Positions 1 through 36,594 of a stretch of 64,000 bases of DNA are shown one piece after another. A program made the translations under genes and the position numbers. The stretch's first letter is position 1. Each line of letters opens with the position of its first letter. The DNA is from Octopus vulgaris (Eukaryota). The DNA lies in contig OX597819.1 in NCBI GenBank assembly GCA_951406725.2, positions 98,518,001 through 98,582,000 of the forward strand. The letters are read 5' to 3'. Below the pieces are notes generated by a model. That model did not search any database and had not been told where the DNA came from. It was given only the letters and a program-made list of their open reading frames with translations.

Positions 1-213
1 CGTAAGCAGAAAAATCAATCAACCAGAGTTCTGACTCTCTACTGCTCAACAAGGATTAAAAATGTTCAACAAACAAATAACGTCATCAGGAAGTCAAGCA
101 CCTAGAATGCTGGACAAAAATATTTGACCAAAACATCGATGAAGCCGAAGAGACATGTTTAAGACGGCCAGCCTAACGGAGAAAAGTAACCAATCAGAAC
201 TTGATCCTTTACC

Positions 214-922
<709 letters not shown>

Positions 923-1677
923 CTAATTGACTGGCTCTCTCCCCCCCAAATTTCGGGCCTTGTGCCTAGAGTAGAAAAGAATATTTCTGTTGATAAAGAT
1001 GCATCAGGCTAACAAAATCTTGTGATAATTCTTGTACTCCAGATAATCCGAAGTAAAGTCCCTCACCAGTCAAATCTGCAAATACACTGTTCCAAAACCC
1101 AGTTGAGATTAGAAGGAAGAGACGGAGATGTATAGAAGGTGAATACGATGTTGTTCTTTGTGTTTCTTAGGTTGTGATAACACGTGATGCACAAAAATGT
1201 TGGATAATAGATATGGTTAATGGAATAACTAGGTGTATTAAAAAAATATTAGGTTGTTGATTGACCAAAAGTGCATTGGGAGGAACTGCACAGGTATATG
1301 TGGAAACGGCCAGCATTCACCTTAATGATTGATCGTACAGTATCTTTGCAAGAAACACACACACACACACACACCGTATCCTAAATTTTTTTCAAATATG
1401 CATTTGGCTTTCTCTTATTCTCTCTGTTTCACATCATATCTTTGTGTCTCGATCACTCACTATATTATTTTCTATTATGCTTCAATCAATCTTTATCGTT
1501 TAGTCACTTTGTTCACCTTATTCACTTTATATTTCCCCCTCACTATATTCTACTCCCTTATCTTATATCCTTTGTTCACAATATTTCTCTCATATCCTAC
1601 ATGTATTCATTATCCCTCTCTTTTCTTATTTCACAATCGTTCAGATCTAATCGCGTCTCGTTATTTTCTCTAAACAG

Positions 1678-22916
<21,239 letters not shown>

Positions 22917-23093
22917 AAATCCCTTGTGTCTATGAAGTTATTATTTATAATACATGAACTGTAAATATTTAAATATTTAATGGCTAATAATGTTTTAGAC
23001 ACCATTTCATTAAACTCTAAGATCGTAATGAAATATGTAGAGCGAAACCCACAACTACAGAGGAAGGTCATTCACATGTCAAGCTAAAAGACA

Positions 23094-23099
23094 AATAAA
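23094..23099 (+). promoter_or_regulatory. candidate polyadenylation signal of copy A
   Basis: AATAAA about 180 nt after the stop; further AATAAA copies near 23180-23210. Confidence 0.35.
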
Positions 23100-23289
23100 C
23101 TATTTATATATAAAACTAACATGCAAAAGAGTTCGAGCCATTGTCATACATAAAGAAGAATGTAATGATGGTAACAAACAATAAAAGTATAAAAATAAAG
23201 AAAAATAAAGAAAACCTACCGAGGTGTCGCTTTCTTGAGAGTAGTATAACCTAGAACATTGCATTCTTTTAGCAACACAGTTACGCTTG

Positions 23290-23700
23290 CTTTAAGTATC
23301 TCAGTTCTGGTGTGACCCAATGATAAAGTTAATGACATTTCCTCTAGTTAGTTTAATTTCAATCACTTTCCTAACGTCTCTTATACGCTTTGCAGATTTC
23401 CCCATCTCATTTCTCTTTCCATTATCGTATCATCTTGTAGCATCTCTAAGTACTTGCATCTTTCCTTCTCTTTCAGTGATCTCATTATATCGTTATCTTT
23501 AATCCATCAGATTTAATCTTTCAACCTCACTTCATAAATACTGCACACTCATTCACCTCAAACATTATACCAGTATCCTTTCTAAATATTCCTACAGTCT
23601 GGAGAAGAGAATTCAATTTTAGTGTATACTTTGAAGTCATCCATATATAGGCAGAGGATTTATTGATCACTTTTCTTTTTAGCAAGCTCATAAATATGTC
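23290..23700 (-). mobile_element. R4/Dong-like non-LTR retrotransposon RT fragment
   Basis: YMDDFKVY catalytic motif (about 23624-23647), then LNSLLQTVGIFRKDTGIMFEVNECAV and KYLEML. Confidence 0.7.
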
Positions 23701-24805
23701 TGGATTTTTGTCAGTATGCTTATCAAATGAACCAACATTATCACCAAAAGTATTTCAGTTGGGTTGTTTGCGATTTGTAAATATTTAGTAGTTGTTTAGG
23801 AATGACATATTTCCTCGCTCTGAGGACAAAAACCAGTTTTCATGATGCAATTTTGGCTACGTTGAGGAATTGTATTCACTAGGAGAGATTCTAGACTAAT
23901 CGTGAAAGATAGCGTCTGGAATGTCTTTGAGAAACCTATCCGTGTGACGATTATAAATAGAGCGGGATCCAAGAAAAAATTCTCGAATCTTACTGTGATT
24001 GAGATTTTGATGAAAGAGAAAGGGACTGGCCTGATACTATTAACAGGGAAAGTGATGTTTGGGGTGCATTAGATCTGATAGAATCTGTGCTAGAAAGACC
24101 CCCTTCAGTACATCCTGCGACAGTGAAGTCTAACAGGAAGACATCGATACAAGAGACGACAGATGAACGGAGGTTCCCTCGGTATGTATTTTCCTAGCAA
24201 ATTTGCGTACCAGACACGATTGAAAGTCTTACTGTTATCGAGGGCAACAACACCGCTTTCATAAATTTTTCGATGGAAAGAAAGTACGGATTTGAAGATT
24301 TTCCGGTGTTAATGAGCTTCGCTAATCTCTTAGAGTATTCCCTGTTTGCTTGTTCAGAGAGTTTTGTCGGATATAACGTAAACAAGATCTGCTTGCAAGG
24401 GAGCTCTAACTGCTTTACAAATTTGTTCATGAATTTATACATTGTATTCATATTGTAATATTTTGGAATTATCATCAATGAAAATAAAATAAATTACAAC
24501 AGCTACAAAATGTATGTAAATTGTCAACAGAAGGTGGCGAATTTTAAAACAGAATAATTCAACGACGTTAATTACATTTTAAACATAAAAGCAGGATGGT
24601 GTATAGGTGACGCAAGCGTTATATAGAGCAAAAACTGACGTATATGCAAAAGCTTTGTGATTAACAACGAGCCTGCTTGAATATTACGGTGATTACTTTT
24701 TCAAAGTATTTACACCCGTGAGCCCCCACCACACACAAATACATAATATATAGATATATCCATATATATGTACATTTATACATATATCTATATAAAACAC
24801 ACACA

Positions 24806-24862
<57 letters not shown>

Positions 24863-25145
24863 TGAGACCCCCTTCGGTCCTGACTGACCACGGGATTGCA
24901 CCTAGAAAGTTACCTTCCCAGGCACAAGTCCGGACAAAGTTGTGTATGGAAGACCAGCATTCGCCCATGCATACCAGCCTCCCCTCTCCACGCCACTGAT
25001 GTTATCCAAGGGTAAGGCAAGGGCCGGTACAGCTTGGCAACTCATTTCTACAGCTAAGTGAACGGGAGCAACGTGAAAGAAATTGTCTTGCTCAAGAACA
25101 CAACACACAACCCGGTCCGAGATTCGAACTCAAACCTCACAATCG

Positions 25146-25207
<62 letters not shown>

Positions 25208-26453
25208 GTATATGTATAAAAAATATATATAAAAATACAAAATGGGACAAGAACGCAAAACATTCAAATAGATGACACAAAACATCTTCAGTCAAGAACC
25301 GGATCATCCTCGCAATTTCGGCTGAGTAATCTTGAGATCGCTCCGATCCGGCCAGTCCCAAGGAAAATCTAAGCTACGAGCGTTAGATTTCTTGGAAAAA
25401 AGATCGAATGTATACGAATCAAGGACAGTAAAACGGACGATGCCACACAAATATAAATACAATAACAAAAAGTAATACGATTATAAATACAAAAAACAAT
25501 AATAATAATAATAACAGGACAAAAACAACAGGCGTCTTTCGACTTTAGACAGTTCAACTTAGCTGGCGTATTTGAAAAATAATGCCTTACGGCAGACGAA
25601 AAGAGTCGATGTTGTCGTGGCACTGCTCGGAAGCCGAAAGGCTATAGTTGACCAGCGGTCACGTGAGAAGAGAAGAGAGACAAAAAAGGGACAAAGGAAT
25701 CAAAGAGAGGGAGAAGAGAGAGAAAAAGTGGGATAAAGGCACCAAGGAGGGGGAGAAGAGAGAGTAAGAAGGAATTAAGGAGAGGAGAAGAAAGAGAGCG
25801 TGCTAAGGATTGGCAGGGTCAGTGAGGTGCAAAGTGAGAAAGGCAGAGAAATGTGAGAGAGTGGGGGAAGAGGAGACCAAAGAATCAAAGAGGCGAGAAA
25901 AGAGAAAGACAGAGACAAGTGAAGTACAGAGAAAGTGTGTGTAGAAGTTCGGCTTCTGAGCAGCGCTACGACTACATCGACCTTGTTTCTCATCAGAGGC
26001 TTCTAATACTCGCTCGTTTTTCGACGGTTTTTTTCTCATGAGCTACTGGAAAGCAGGCTGTCTCTTTAACTCTGATGAGGAACAAGTTCATATTGATCAA
26101 ATTTCGAAATCAGTAATAAGGTTTGGGTCAAATACTTAATCTGTGAGTTTATCCAGGGAAAGATGTTTTGGCTTGCTCGCTTGCAATTTCCGTATATGTC
26201 ATTGAGGTTAGTGCTTTATGTGGCTGTTCGAGTGAAAATTTGACTCTCATTTCTAGTAATTGTCAGTGCTATTTTGCACCCTCGTTATATATTGCAAGCA
26301 GGGCGAGAACTTCCCTACAATTCCAGCCTCGAGACTACCAGACTGCACGGTTTCGTCCTTATTATGGCCCCCTTCAGTGTTTAGGTGCGATAACCATTAC
26401 TTCTTTGTGTAAATACTGCTTTCGTCTCTTATAGAGATTTTGTTTACAATCTG

Positions 26454-26552
<99 letters not shown>

Positions 26553-26611
26553 GTGTACGTACGAGCGTGTGTGAGTGTATGTATATGTATGTATGGATGC
26601 ATGTATGTATG

Positions 26612-26645
<34 letters not shown>

Positions 26646-27891
26646 TGTATGTATGTATGTATGTATGTATACCGGTTTGTAGGTGAACAAAATAGCGTAT
26701 TCGGTTTACAGAAACAGGGCCTGACTCATTACTACGTTTTTTGCAATCATTTACCAGAGATGTTTGTCTTGGTTACATGGCTCAAGTATAAACGTATGAT
26801 ATGTTTGTATGTGTATGTGTGCGTGTGTGTGTGTGTGCGTTTCACAGGAAAGCTAAATTACATGTCTCTTTATATTTGCTGATGTCTTTCTGTTACATTA
26901 GAAACTTAGAAAGAGGAACCTTTGTCCGTCCTAAGAGATATGGAAGGGAAAAGTAGGACAGTGTTGTAAAGTTGACTAGACAGACAGATAGGTTTATATA
27001 TATAAGGGGAATATTCTTATGTTGTATATCTCATTTCTCTGTTTTTTTCGTTGTTCGAAAAAATGTTCATTTTCTATATTTTTGTTTTTATGTTTTCGTT
27101 TCTCATTGTGTTGAACGTGTACCCATATATGCATGCATATATACATATATATGTAGGTATGTAGATATATATAAGTAAATATGAATATATTTATATATTA
27201 TTTATATTATTATATGATCGAACGCCACGCATCCCCTTCCAAGTAAGTTTTATCCTAATAATTACGATGCTCACTCTTCTATCTCTACTATCTCTTCTCT
27301 GTCTATCTTTCTCCCTATCTTGTTCTTCATCCTTTCTGGTTTTCTCTTCCACACTTCCTTTTTCTTCTCCTCTCCTCTTCACCAATCCCTCCCTCTCACT
27401 CTTCCTCCTTGTCTCTCTCGTCGCTGACACATGACGGAAGGGGATCTATTTTTCTGCCCATTTCCTTCCTAAAGACAACACGCGCTTATACATGTCTCCT
27501 CTCATAAGCTCGTCCTCCTGGCGTTCGTAATAATTTTTCTGTCGTCTTGGCTTGACAGCCCTCACCGTTTGTTTTTACTGTCTTGTTTTCACTGTCGCAA
27601 AAAAATCCCAAGTTTGATTTAATTTGCTTTGCAGGAAGGATTGTTTCAACGAAGTCGCGTATTGTCCTTGCCTTCGAACGCGGAGTAGATAAAACAGGGA
27701 CAACTGATGAAGGGGAATATTCTTTATGCTGCATGTCTCGTTTCTCTGTTTTTTGTTGTTGTTCGAAAAAAGTTCGTTTTCTATGGTTTTGTTTTTATGT
27801 TTTCGTTTCTCATTGTGTTCAACGATTTTTTTATGTTTTGCACCCATACATGCATGTATATATACATATATTTATATATTATTTATATTAT

Positions 27892-27965
<74 letters not shown>

Positions 27966-28096
27966 TTCAGAGAGAGTGAGAGAGAGAGAGAGAGAGGGAG
28001 AGGGAGAGAGAGAAAGAATGAGCGAGATAGATATTGAGACAGAGAGAGACAAACAAACGGACAGGCAGCTAGATAGGTAGACAGATAGATAAATGG

Positions 28097-28189
<93 letters not shown>

Positions 28190-28528
28190 AGGCGCATGGC
28201 TCAGTGGTTAGAGCGTCGAGCTTACGATCGTGAGGTTGTGAGCTCGAATCCCGGACTGGGCTGCGTGTTGTGTTCTTGAGCAAGGCACTTTATTTCACGT
28301 TGCTCCAGTTCACTCAGCTGCAGAAATGAGTTGCGACGTCACTGGTGCCAAGCTGTATCGACCTTTGTCTTTCCCTTGGATAACACTGGTGGTGTGGAGA
28401 GGGGAGGCTGGTATGCATGGGCGACTGCTGGTCTTCCATAAACAACCATGCCCGGACTTGTGTCTAGGAGGGTAACTTTCTAGGTGCAATCCCATGGTCA
28501 TTCATGACCGAAGGGGTTCTTTACCCTT
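28190..28528 (+). mobile_element. tRNA-derived SINE with CORE-like region (second copy about 24860-25145, minus strand)
   Basis: TGGCTCAGTGGTTAGAGC A box, GCTCGAATCCC B box, TGTGTTCTTGAGCAAGGCACTT core. Confidence 0.85.
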
Positions 28529-28639
28529 TTATATATAGAAAGAGAGAGAGAGGGGAGGGAGAGATAGAGCAAGAGAGTGAGAAAGGGAGAGGAACCAGCA
28601 GTCAGGCAGACAGTCAGAGAGACAGACTGACATACAGAC

Positions 28640-28682
<43 letters not shown>

Positions 28683-31682
28683 TAGATAGATATACTGATG
28701 GCAAACAGTTAGAATGGGAACGAGAAAGACATGAAAAGAAATAATAAAAAGCAGCCATCATCCATTGAATGAAACTGTTAGGCAAATTTAGACTTTGTAT
28801 TCATATTGAAATAACTATAATTTATAATTAATGAAAAGAAATCAAATTAGTGTAGCTCCAACTTCCGTAGAATAAGAGCAGAAGGCAATGAATTATTTAT
28901 CAAACAGAATAATTTTATGTTTTTAATGACATTTTAATATATATGTCTGTATAGACTGCATAAATTATGCGGAAGAAAATTATAATATGTAAATGAGTTG
29001 TGATTAACAATGAACCTACCTGAACATCATGATGTTTACTTACATTTTAATATAAAAGCAGCATGGATGTATAGACTGTATAAATTATGCCGAAGAAAAT
29101 TAAAATATGTACACGAGTTGTGATTAACAATGAACCTACCTGAACATCATGATGTTTACTTAGTAGCAAATTCACTTTTCACGTTAGTCGCTACATGTTT
29201 GTGTTCAGGGCAACATCAATTCTGTTCCTCATCCAGGTTGGTAATTCGTTGAAATCTCTTGCAACCTCGGTAAGTTTCAAGCTATTTATGCTTATATTCC
29301 TTTCAATGAAATGAACCCCCCCCCCAAAAAAAAAAACAACAAAAAACAAACTATATTAATAGTTTATATGTTAAGCTATATTATATTTCATTGGGAGACG
29401 TTTGGCGATATTTCGTTTCTGGTGTGGATATAGTATTATTTGTATATTTTTTGTAAAGTATATGAAGAAAAACGAAATATTTGCAAGCACTTGGGGCTAA
29501 AAATAAGAGGAAAAAAAATTAATATTAACTAAAAAGAAAATTTTAAATTTTGTTCACGACTGTGTTCAAAGGGGCAAAATTATTTATGCCAAAATCCTGT
29601 ATAAATGATAGGAAATAAGGTGAAGTAAGAGAAGTTACTAGACTTTTAGCAAATTCTGGCAGTAACATGGGGTAAAAATTTTCATTAAGATCATCGCAAG
29701 AGTTTGCTGACTTGCTTGGCAGTTGATAGTCAAACTTTTTGCTTGTGGCAAAGATGGTTATTGGTCAACGAAACGATTTCAAAACTGTTTTGAAGTAAAT
29801 AAGGAATATTATTTAGTTCTAATTGTTCATTTTCAACTTCTATGAAATCCAATGGAATCTTTTCCCTTTGAACGGCAGATCGAGAAATTAATTTGTTGTA
29901 ACTAAATACCTTCAGACTTCGGTCACTGGTAGAATGTGTCATATAAAACATCTTTTACTCTTAGCGTTTTTGAAAAAAAGTTTATATTTACCTAGTTATT
30001 TCGTGTTAAAGTAGTCGTATTTCGGTTATTTCAACCAAACAATGAAGTTTACAGTCAGCAACTGTTTGACAAAGTCCCACACTCTACAACTCTCACTAGC
30101 TCTAATTCTGTTCTCTTACGACATCATTCCATCTCTCTCTGTATTTACTACTAATCAATGAAGAGGACACAAACACAAACTTTACTTCGCATGCTTTTTG
30201 GATTTATCATAACCTGCCCGTCGAGGCAAGGTATTTGTAACGTAACGGTAAATAAAAACTTTCTTAAAACTTCATGCATTGTGCATCTTTCACATCCTAC
30301 AGTATGCAATTATAACAACAAATTTTTATCGTTACAACTGCTGACATTTCATAATATTTTGTACCTAATGAAATTTTATCCGTTACAAATATATATACAA
30401 ATACAGTTACTGTACATTTTTGTTGGTTGATTTTATTAAGCAGAGCAGCATATATATGAAACAATGTAGCTTGATCGTGAAGCTGTTTTACACTAAAACC
30501 TAAGTCATTAAAATATTTTACAAGTCAGTAACTCTGTGTAAATGATCAATGGATCTTCCCTGGTGAAATTTCTCCTTGGCTAAGTGGTAAGAAATTTGTT
30601 TCCCAACTACATGATTTTATGTTCAGTCCCACTGTGTGGTACCTTGGCAAGTGTCTTCTACTATGAGCTGGGGCTGATCAAAGCCTTGTGATTGGTGTTG
30701 GTAGATGGAAAATGAAAGAAGCATGCTGTGTGTGTGTGTGCCTTTGTGTTTGTCGCTTACCACCACTTGACAACTGGAGACGATGTGTTTAAGTCCCCGT
30801 AACTACGTAATGGTTCACCTGTCTGTAGAGTACTCCGCCTCTCGTGCATTAATTTCACAAACAGGCTGTCCTGTTGATTGGATCAGCTGGAACCATTATC
30901 ATCATCATGGACAGTGCCAGAATGTGTGTGTGTGTGTGTGTGTGTGTGTGATCTTGATGCATCACCATCATACAAGTAGTGGTGTTTATTTCCAATCATC
31001 CATGAAAACATGTCTGGGCACAGATGAGAGAAACGTGTGAGGGGTTGGTGGCAGGACAAAAGGGGCATCTTCACAAAATCTGCCTGAATGAATTCCATCA
31101 ACTCATGCAAGCAAAAAATGTGGAAGTTAAAGTGATAATGATGACTGTATCTTATATTACATATAACATTGGCACTCACTCGGTTACGACGATGAAGGTT
31201 CCAATTAATCCGATCAACGGAACAGCCTACTCACGAGATTAACGTACAAGTGGCTGAGTGCTCCATAGACACACGTATCTTTAACGTAGTTCTTAGAGAG
31301 ATTCAGCTTAGATTCAGCTTACACAGAATGTGACAAGGCAAGCCCTTTCAAATACAAGTACAACTCATTTTTGTCAGCTGAGTGGACTGGAGCAACCTGA
31401 AATAATGTGTCTTGCTCAAGGAAACAACACGGCAACAAAGATCGAAATCAAAACCTTACAACTGGGAGATGACTACATTAACCATTAAGCCCCGTGCCTT
31501 CACTGATGATGACAACAGAAACATTGGAAATATATAGACAAAGCGAAGATGCTGAGTAAATCTTATTAATTGCTGAGTTTAGTAGGAGTGAAAGAGGAAG
31601 AAAAGTATGAAGTTATGTAGAAAGGTGCTTTTGACAGGAATGTAATGAAGTAATGGTTGGTGGAAGTGAAGAAGAAGTGAAG

Positions 31683-32035
31683 AGGCGCAGAATTGGCTGT
31701 GTGCTAAGTACCTTGCTTACCAGCCACATGGTTCTGGGATCAGTCCCACTGCGTGGCACCTTGGGCAAGTGTCTTCTACTATTATAGCCTCGGGCCGACC
31801 AAAGTCTTGTGAGTGAATTTGGTAGACGGAAACTGAAAGAAGCCCGTCGTATATATGTATATATATATGCATGTGTGTGTATATGTTTATGCATCTGTTT
31901 GTCCCCCCCCCAACATCGCTTGATAACCGATGCTGGTGTGTTTACGTCCCCGTAAATTAGCAGTTCGGCAAAAGTGATCGATAGAATAAGAACTAGGCTT
32001 ACAAAGAATAAGTCCTGGAGTCGATTTGCTCGACT
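31683..32035 (+). mobile_element. tRNA-derived SINE family 1, near full length
   Basis: GGCGCAG..TGGCTGTGTG head; high similarity to 2565-2920. Confidence 0.85.
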
Positions 32036-32339
32036 TCAAAGTATATGAAGGGGTGGTGGCAGTGAATAACAGCTGTGGAGAATGAGAAGTAGTTTGTGAG
32101 TGTGTGTATGTGTGAGTGCGTGGGTGTGTGTGAGTGCGTATGTGTGTGAGGTAGTGTGAAGTAGAAGTTAACCAGTAACTAGCACACAGTAAAAAGCAAA
32201 GTAAATATTATTTTGATATGTATGTGTGGCATGTATGTGCTGAAGAAATACATGTGTGTGTGTGTGTACTTCTGGTATTCATTGGCATCAATTTCATTGA
32301 ATAAATAAAAAAAAATTCATATAACACAATAACATATAT

Positions 32340-33590
32340 CATCATCATCATCGTCGCTTAGCATCCGCTTTCCATGTTGGCATGGGTTGGACGGTCTGAC
32401 TGAGAAATGGCAGGCCAGGAGGCTGCACCAGGCTCCAATCTGATTTGGCAAAGTTTCTACAGGTGGATACTCTTCCTAACGACAACCACTCGAGAGTGTA
32501 GTGTGTGCATTTTTCGTACCACCGGCACGGGTGCCAATCAGGATACACTGGTATCAGTCACGCTCGAATGCTGTTCTTTACGTGCCACCGATACGGATGC
32601 TATTCAGGGGGCACTGGCATCGGCCACACTCAAATGGTGCTTTTTACGTGCCAGTTAGGCGGCACTGGCATCAGCCACGCTCGACTGGTGCTATTTACGT
32701 ACCACCGGTACGGGTGCCAGTCATGCGGCACTGGCATTGGCCACACTCGAATGGTGCTTTTTCCGTGCCACCGGAACAGGTGCTAGTCAGGCGGAACTGG
32801 CACCGGCCACGCACGAATTGTGCTTTTTACGTGCTACCGGTACGAGTGCCAATCATGCGGCACTGGCATTGACCACACTCGAATGGTGCTTTTTCCGTGC
32901 CACCTGAACAGGTGCTAGTCAGGCGGAACTGGCATCGGCCACGCACGAATTATGCTTTTTACATGCCACCGGTACGGGTGCTAGTCAGGCGGCATTGGTA
33001 TCGGCCACGCTTGAATGATGCTTTTTACGTGCAATCGGAATATGTGCATCGGTCACACTCGAATGGTGAGTTTAACGTGCCACTGGAATGGATGCCAGTC
33101 AGGCAGCACTGCCATCGGTCACTTTCGAATCGTGTTTTTACGTGCCACCGGTACGGGTGCGAGTCGCCCACATACGAATGCTGCTTTTTACAGGTGGAGA
33201 TGCAAGTCAGGAGGCACTGACATCGACCACACTCGAATGTTGAATTTTACGTGCCACCGGCACAGGTGCCAGTCAGGCGGAACTGGCATCGGTGACAATC
33301 GAATTGTGCTTTTTACCTGCCACCGGTACGGGTGCCAGTCAGGCGGCACTGGCGTCGACCACGCTGGAATGATGCTTTTTATGTGCCACCGGTATGGAAC
33401 ACACTCGAATGCTGCGTTTTGCGTGCCACCGTCACGGGTGTCAGTGAGGAGGCACTGGTATCAGCCACGCTGGAATGGTGCTCATTACATGTCACCGGCA
33501 TGGGTGTCAGTCAGCAGGTACTGGTATCGGCTTCACTCGAATTGTGCTTTTTTTTACGTGTCACCAGAACAGGTGGCTGTTAGGCGGCAC
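32340..33590 (-). repeat. retroposon-like element carrying a tandem array of about 18 x 66-bp GC-rich units
   Basis: unit GGTGCTTTTTACGTGCCACCGGTACGGGTGCCAGTCAGGCGGCACTGGCATCGGCCACACTCGAAT; 66-bp periodicity at 32699/32765/32831/32897; (GAT)n tail at 32340 on the minus strand. Confidence 0.88.
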
Positions 33591-34065
33591 TCATACAAAC
33601 TTACCCACTCCTATACACACCGTAATATACTCAAATACATGCGCTTACCTTAAATCTTTTATTTCTTGATTCTTTCAGTAACTGCACTGTGGCCATACTT
33701 TGGCATCACTTTGAAGGGTTTAGTCAAATAAATTGACCTCAGTACTTATTTTAAACTCTGGTACTTATCCTGTTGGTCTCTTTTACCAAACTGCTAAGTT
33801 GTGGGAACGTAAGTACACCAACACCAGTTGTTAAGTGGTGTGGGTGGTGGTGGGGACAAACACAGAACTACGTTAAAGTTACACTTGTTTGTGAAGATTT
33901 AGGGAGATTCAGCTTACACAGAATTACAGGTAGAACTAATTTTTGCCAGCTGAGTGAACTGGAACAACGTAAAATAAAGTGTCTTGCTGAAGGATACAGT
34001 GTGCCACTAGGAATCACCTTATAATCATGAGCCGAATACACCTAACACTGAATCACATGCCCTCA

Positions 34066-34099
<34 letters not shown>

Positions 34100-35884
34100 G
34101 CGCACACACAGAGAGCTTGTTTCAGCATCTGTCAGCCAAACCCACTCACGAAGATTTATCTAGCCCAGATTCATAGTAGAAGGCACTTGCCAGTGAAATT
34201 GAACCCCAAACCATGTAGTTAGAAATCAAACATCCTAACATAGCCACGCTTGATTAATAATTTTCGAAGTTTGTTTTGTTTTGCTATAAGAAACCTCAAA
34301 ATACCAGGTAATCATATATTTCAAAGTTCGCAAGGTGTTATCTTTTTCAGAGCATGTGTGTGCAGAGACCTTTCTTCTCTGTGGAGCTGAAACCTGAACT
34401 AGAAAGAATGAGCTTCAAGATCACCTTGATGGTACATAGACCAGGTTTCTCATAAGAGCCCAAAACATCTTATGGCATGATTACAAGAGCAAGGGGGAAA
34501 TTTATGGACATATCCCACCCATCTCTATTCAGGGTAGGTTTTACCGGCCATTAATATCATGCTGAACACCAGGTTATATCTGATGTTATAACTTTGGAGA
34601 CTCACACTTTAATACAGGACAAAGACCATTCATTTATATCGATGTTATTGGCAGAGACACATAAATTGAAATTGATGAATTATCGAAACTAATGGGGTCA
34701 TGAATTCTTGGTGCTGCATCATGAAACACTTCTCAGTTGTGGCTACTTGGAGAATCTTTTAATCTTTTACTTGTTTCAGTCATTAGACAGTGGCTATGCT
34801 GGGACACTACCGTGAAAAATATTTAGCTGAATGAATCGACCTTAGTTCTTATTTCTTTTTCTGAGCCTGCTACTTTTGCTGAACCGCTAAGTTACGGGAA
34901 CATAAACACACCAACACCAGTTGATAAACCGTGTGGGGAAGGAAACAAAGACAGACAGACAGACAGACACACAGACACACACACACAAATATACAATGGG
35001 CTTCTTTCACTTTCAATCTCACAAGGTTTTGGATAGTCTGATTATAAAGCAGGACTTGTCCTAGGTGCCACATAGTTGGACTGAACCCAGAACCATGTGG
35101 TTGGGAAGCAAGCTACTTCTTACCACACAGCCACACCTGATTTTTTTTCTCACACTTCTAAGCTCAAATCAAATATGACTGTATCATTCCAATCATGAAC
35201 GAGTCCAAATGGTATCCATATCTGTGACAGCAACTTCATCTATTAAAAATGGTACACCTATTATTATATACTTAGTGGAGTAAAGCCTATAATTATATCT
35301 GAAGGCATCTCTGGATAATTGAGATATGAAAAACAAATTGGTCAATAAAATAAATGTTAACCTGTATTGGAAAGATAAATAGATTAACTGATTACCCCTT
35401 AAGACTCAGTCTAAAACTGAACATGTATCCAACTAGCAGAACCATCTCAAACCACAATGCCACTATCAGTCTGAGACAGTAATAGAAAAATAAAGAAAGA
35501 ATAAAGCAAAGCCAGTATTTATTTGAAATAGAGAAGTTTAGAAAGGAGAGTAGAAAGGGAGAGAGAGAGAGAGAGAGAGAGAAAGGGTGAACAGAAAGGG
35601 GGAGAGGGAGAGAGAGCGTGAAAACTGAGAGAGAATGTGAAAGGACGTGATTCTGTTTATTAATTGCAAAAGAACAAAAGACAAAAAACAAAGGGAGGCT
35701 CTATGCTAGAAATGGAAACTAAATCTCCCCTCACTGTCTTAAGAACACACAAAAGAGTTCAAGAATACAAACGATGGAATGGTCTCGTCTGGAACGTCTT
35801 TGGTCGATCTTAGGTCTGCTTTATTAAGTAGAGCAGGGGTAAATAAGTGAGAGAAAAATTTCATCTTAATAGTGTGTGTATGTG

Positions 35885-36065
<181 letters not shown>

Positions 36066-36594
36066 AGGTGAGTGAGAAGCCACCTCGCCGCTCCTGCCGC
36101 TCCCGCCATAATACAATAAGTCAAAATAAAATGACAAAGTTTACTTAAAAATCGATAAAAATTGATAATATTGATTTGTGAGATAGGCAGAAAAACTAAG
36201 TTCATGCATTTCTCACAAAAATTAGTGACGTAAGAAAAACGAAATGATCAAGTAGACCCTATGATTAAAGGCGTCCCAGCAATAACCATCCTGTCTGTTG
36301 TCTAATATGTTTTTAATTAGGGTGGGGGGTTTAATGCTATTTCTAAATGATCAAACGATGTCCCATCGCTGACAAAACTTTCTGGAGGTGAAGAATTGTC
36401 TTTCAAGACGATCAAACGTATCTTCTTCAAAATTAAATTACTTTCAGTCACGTCTCTATGCTTTAGCGTCTTATAATGTTCCCTCTCACCTTGTTTATTT
36501 TTCTTTTCTTACACTCAAAACCTCGTCATCTTTTCCATGTATGAAATTAGCAACAATACAAACTCGCCTTGTATTATCTTGTTGATGTATGTTA

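Noticed and set aside
28190-28260. tRNA genes
   Set aside because: The tRNA-like A/B boxes are SINE heads that continue into SINE bodies and lack a complete cloverleaf.
32500-33590. CRISPR-like array or a 22-aa repeat protein (RRHWHRP / TCHRYGCQSGGTG ORFs)
   Set aside because: There are no unique spacers or cas genes and the context is eukaryotic. The units are whole diverged tandem copies with frame-breaking indels; the ORFs arise because 66 is a multiple of 3.
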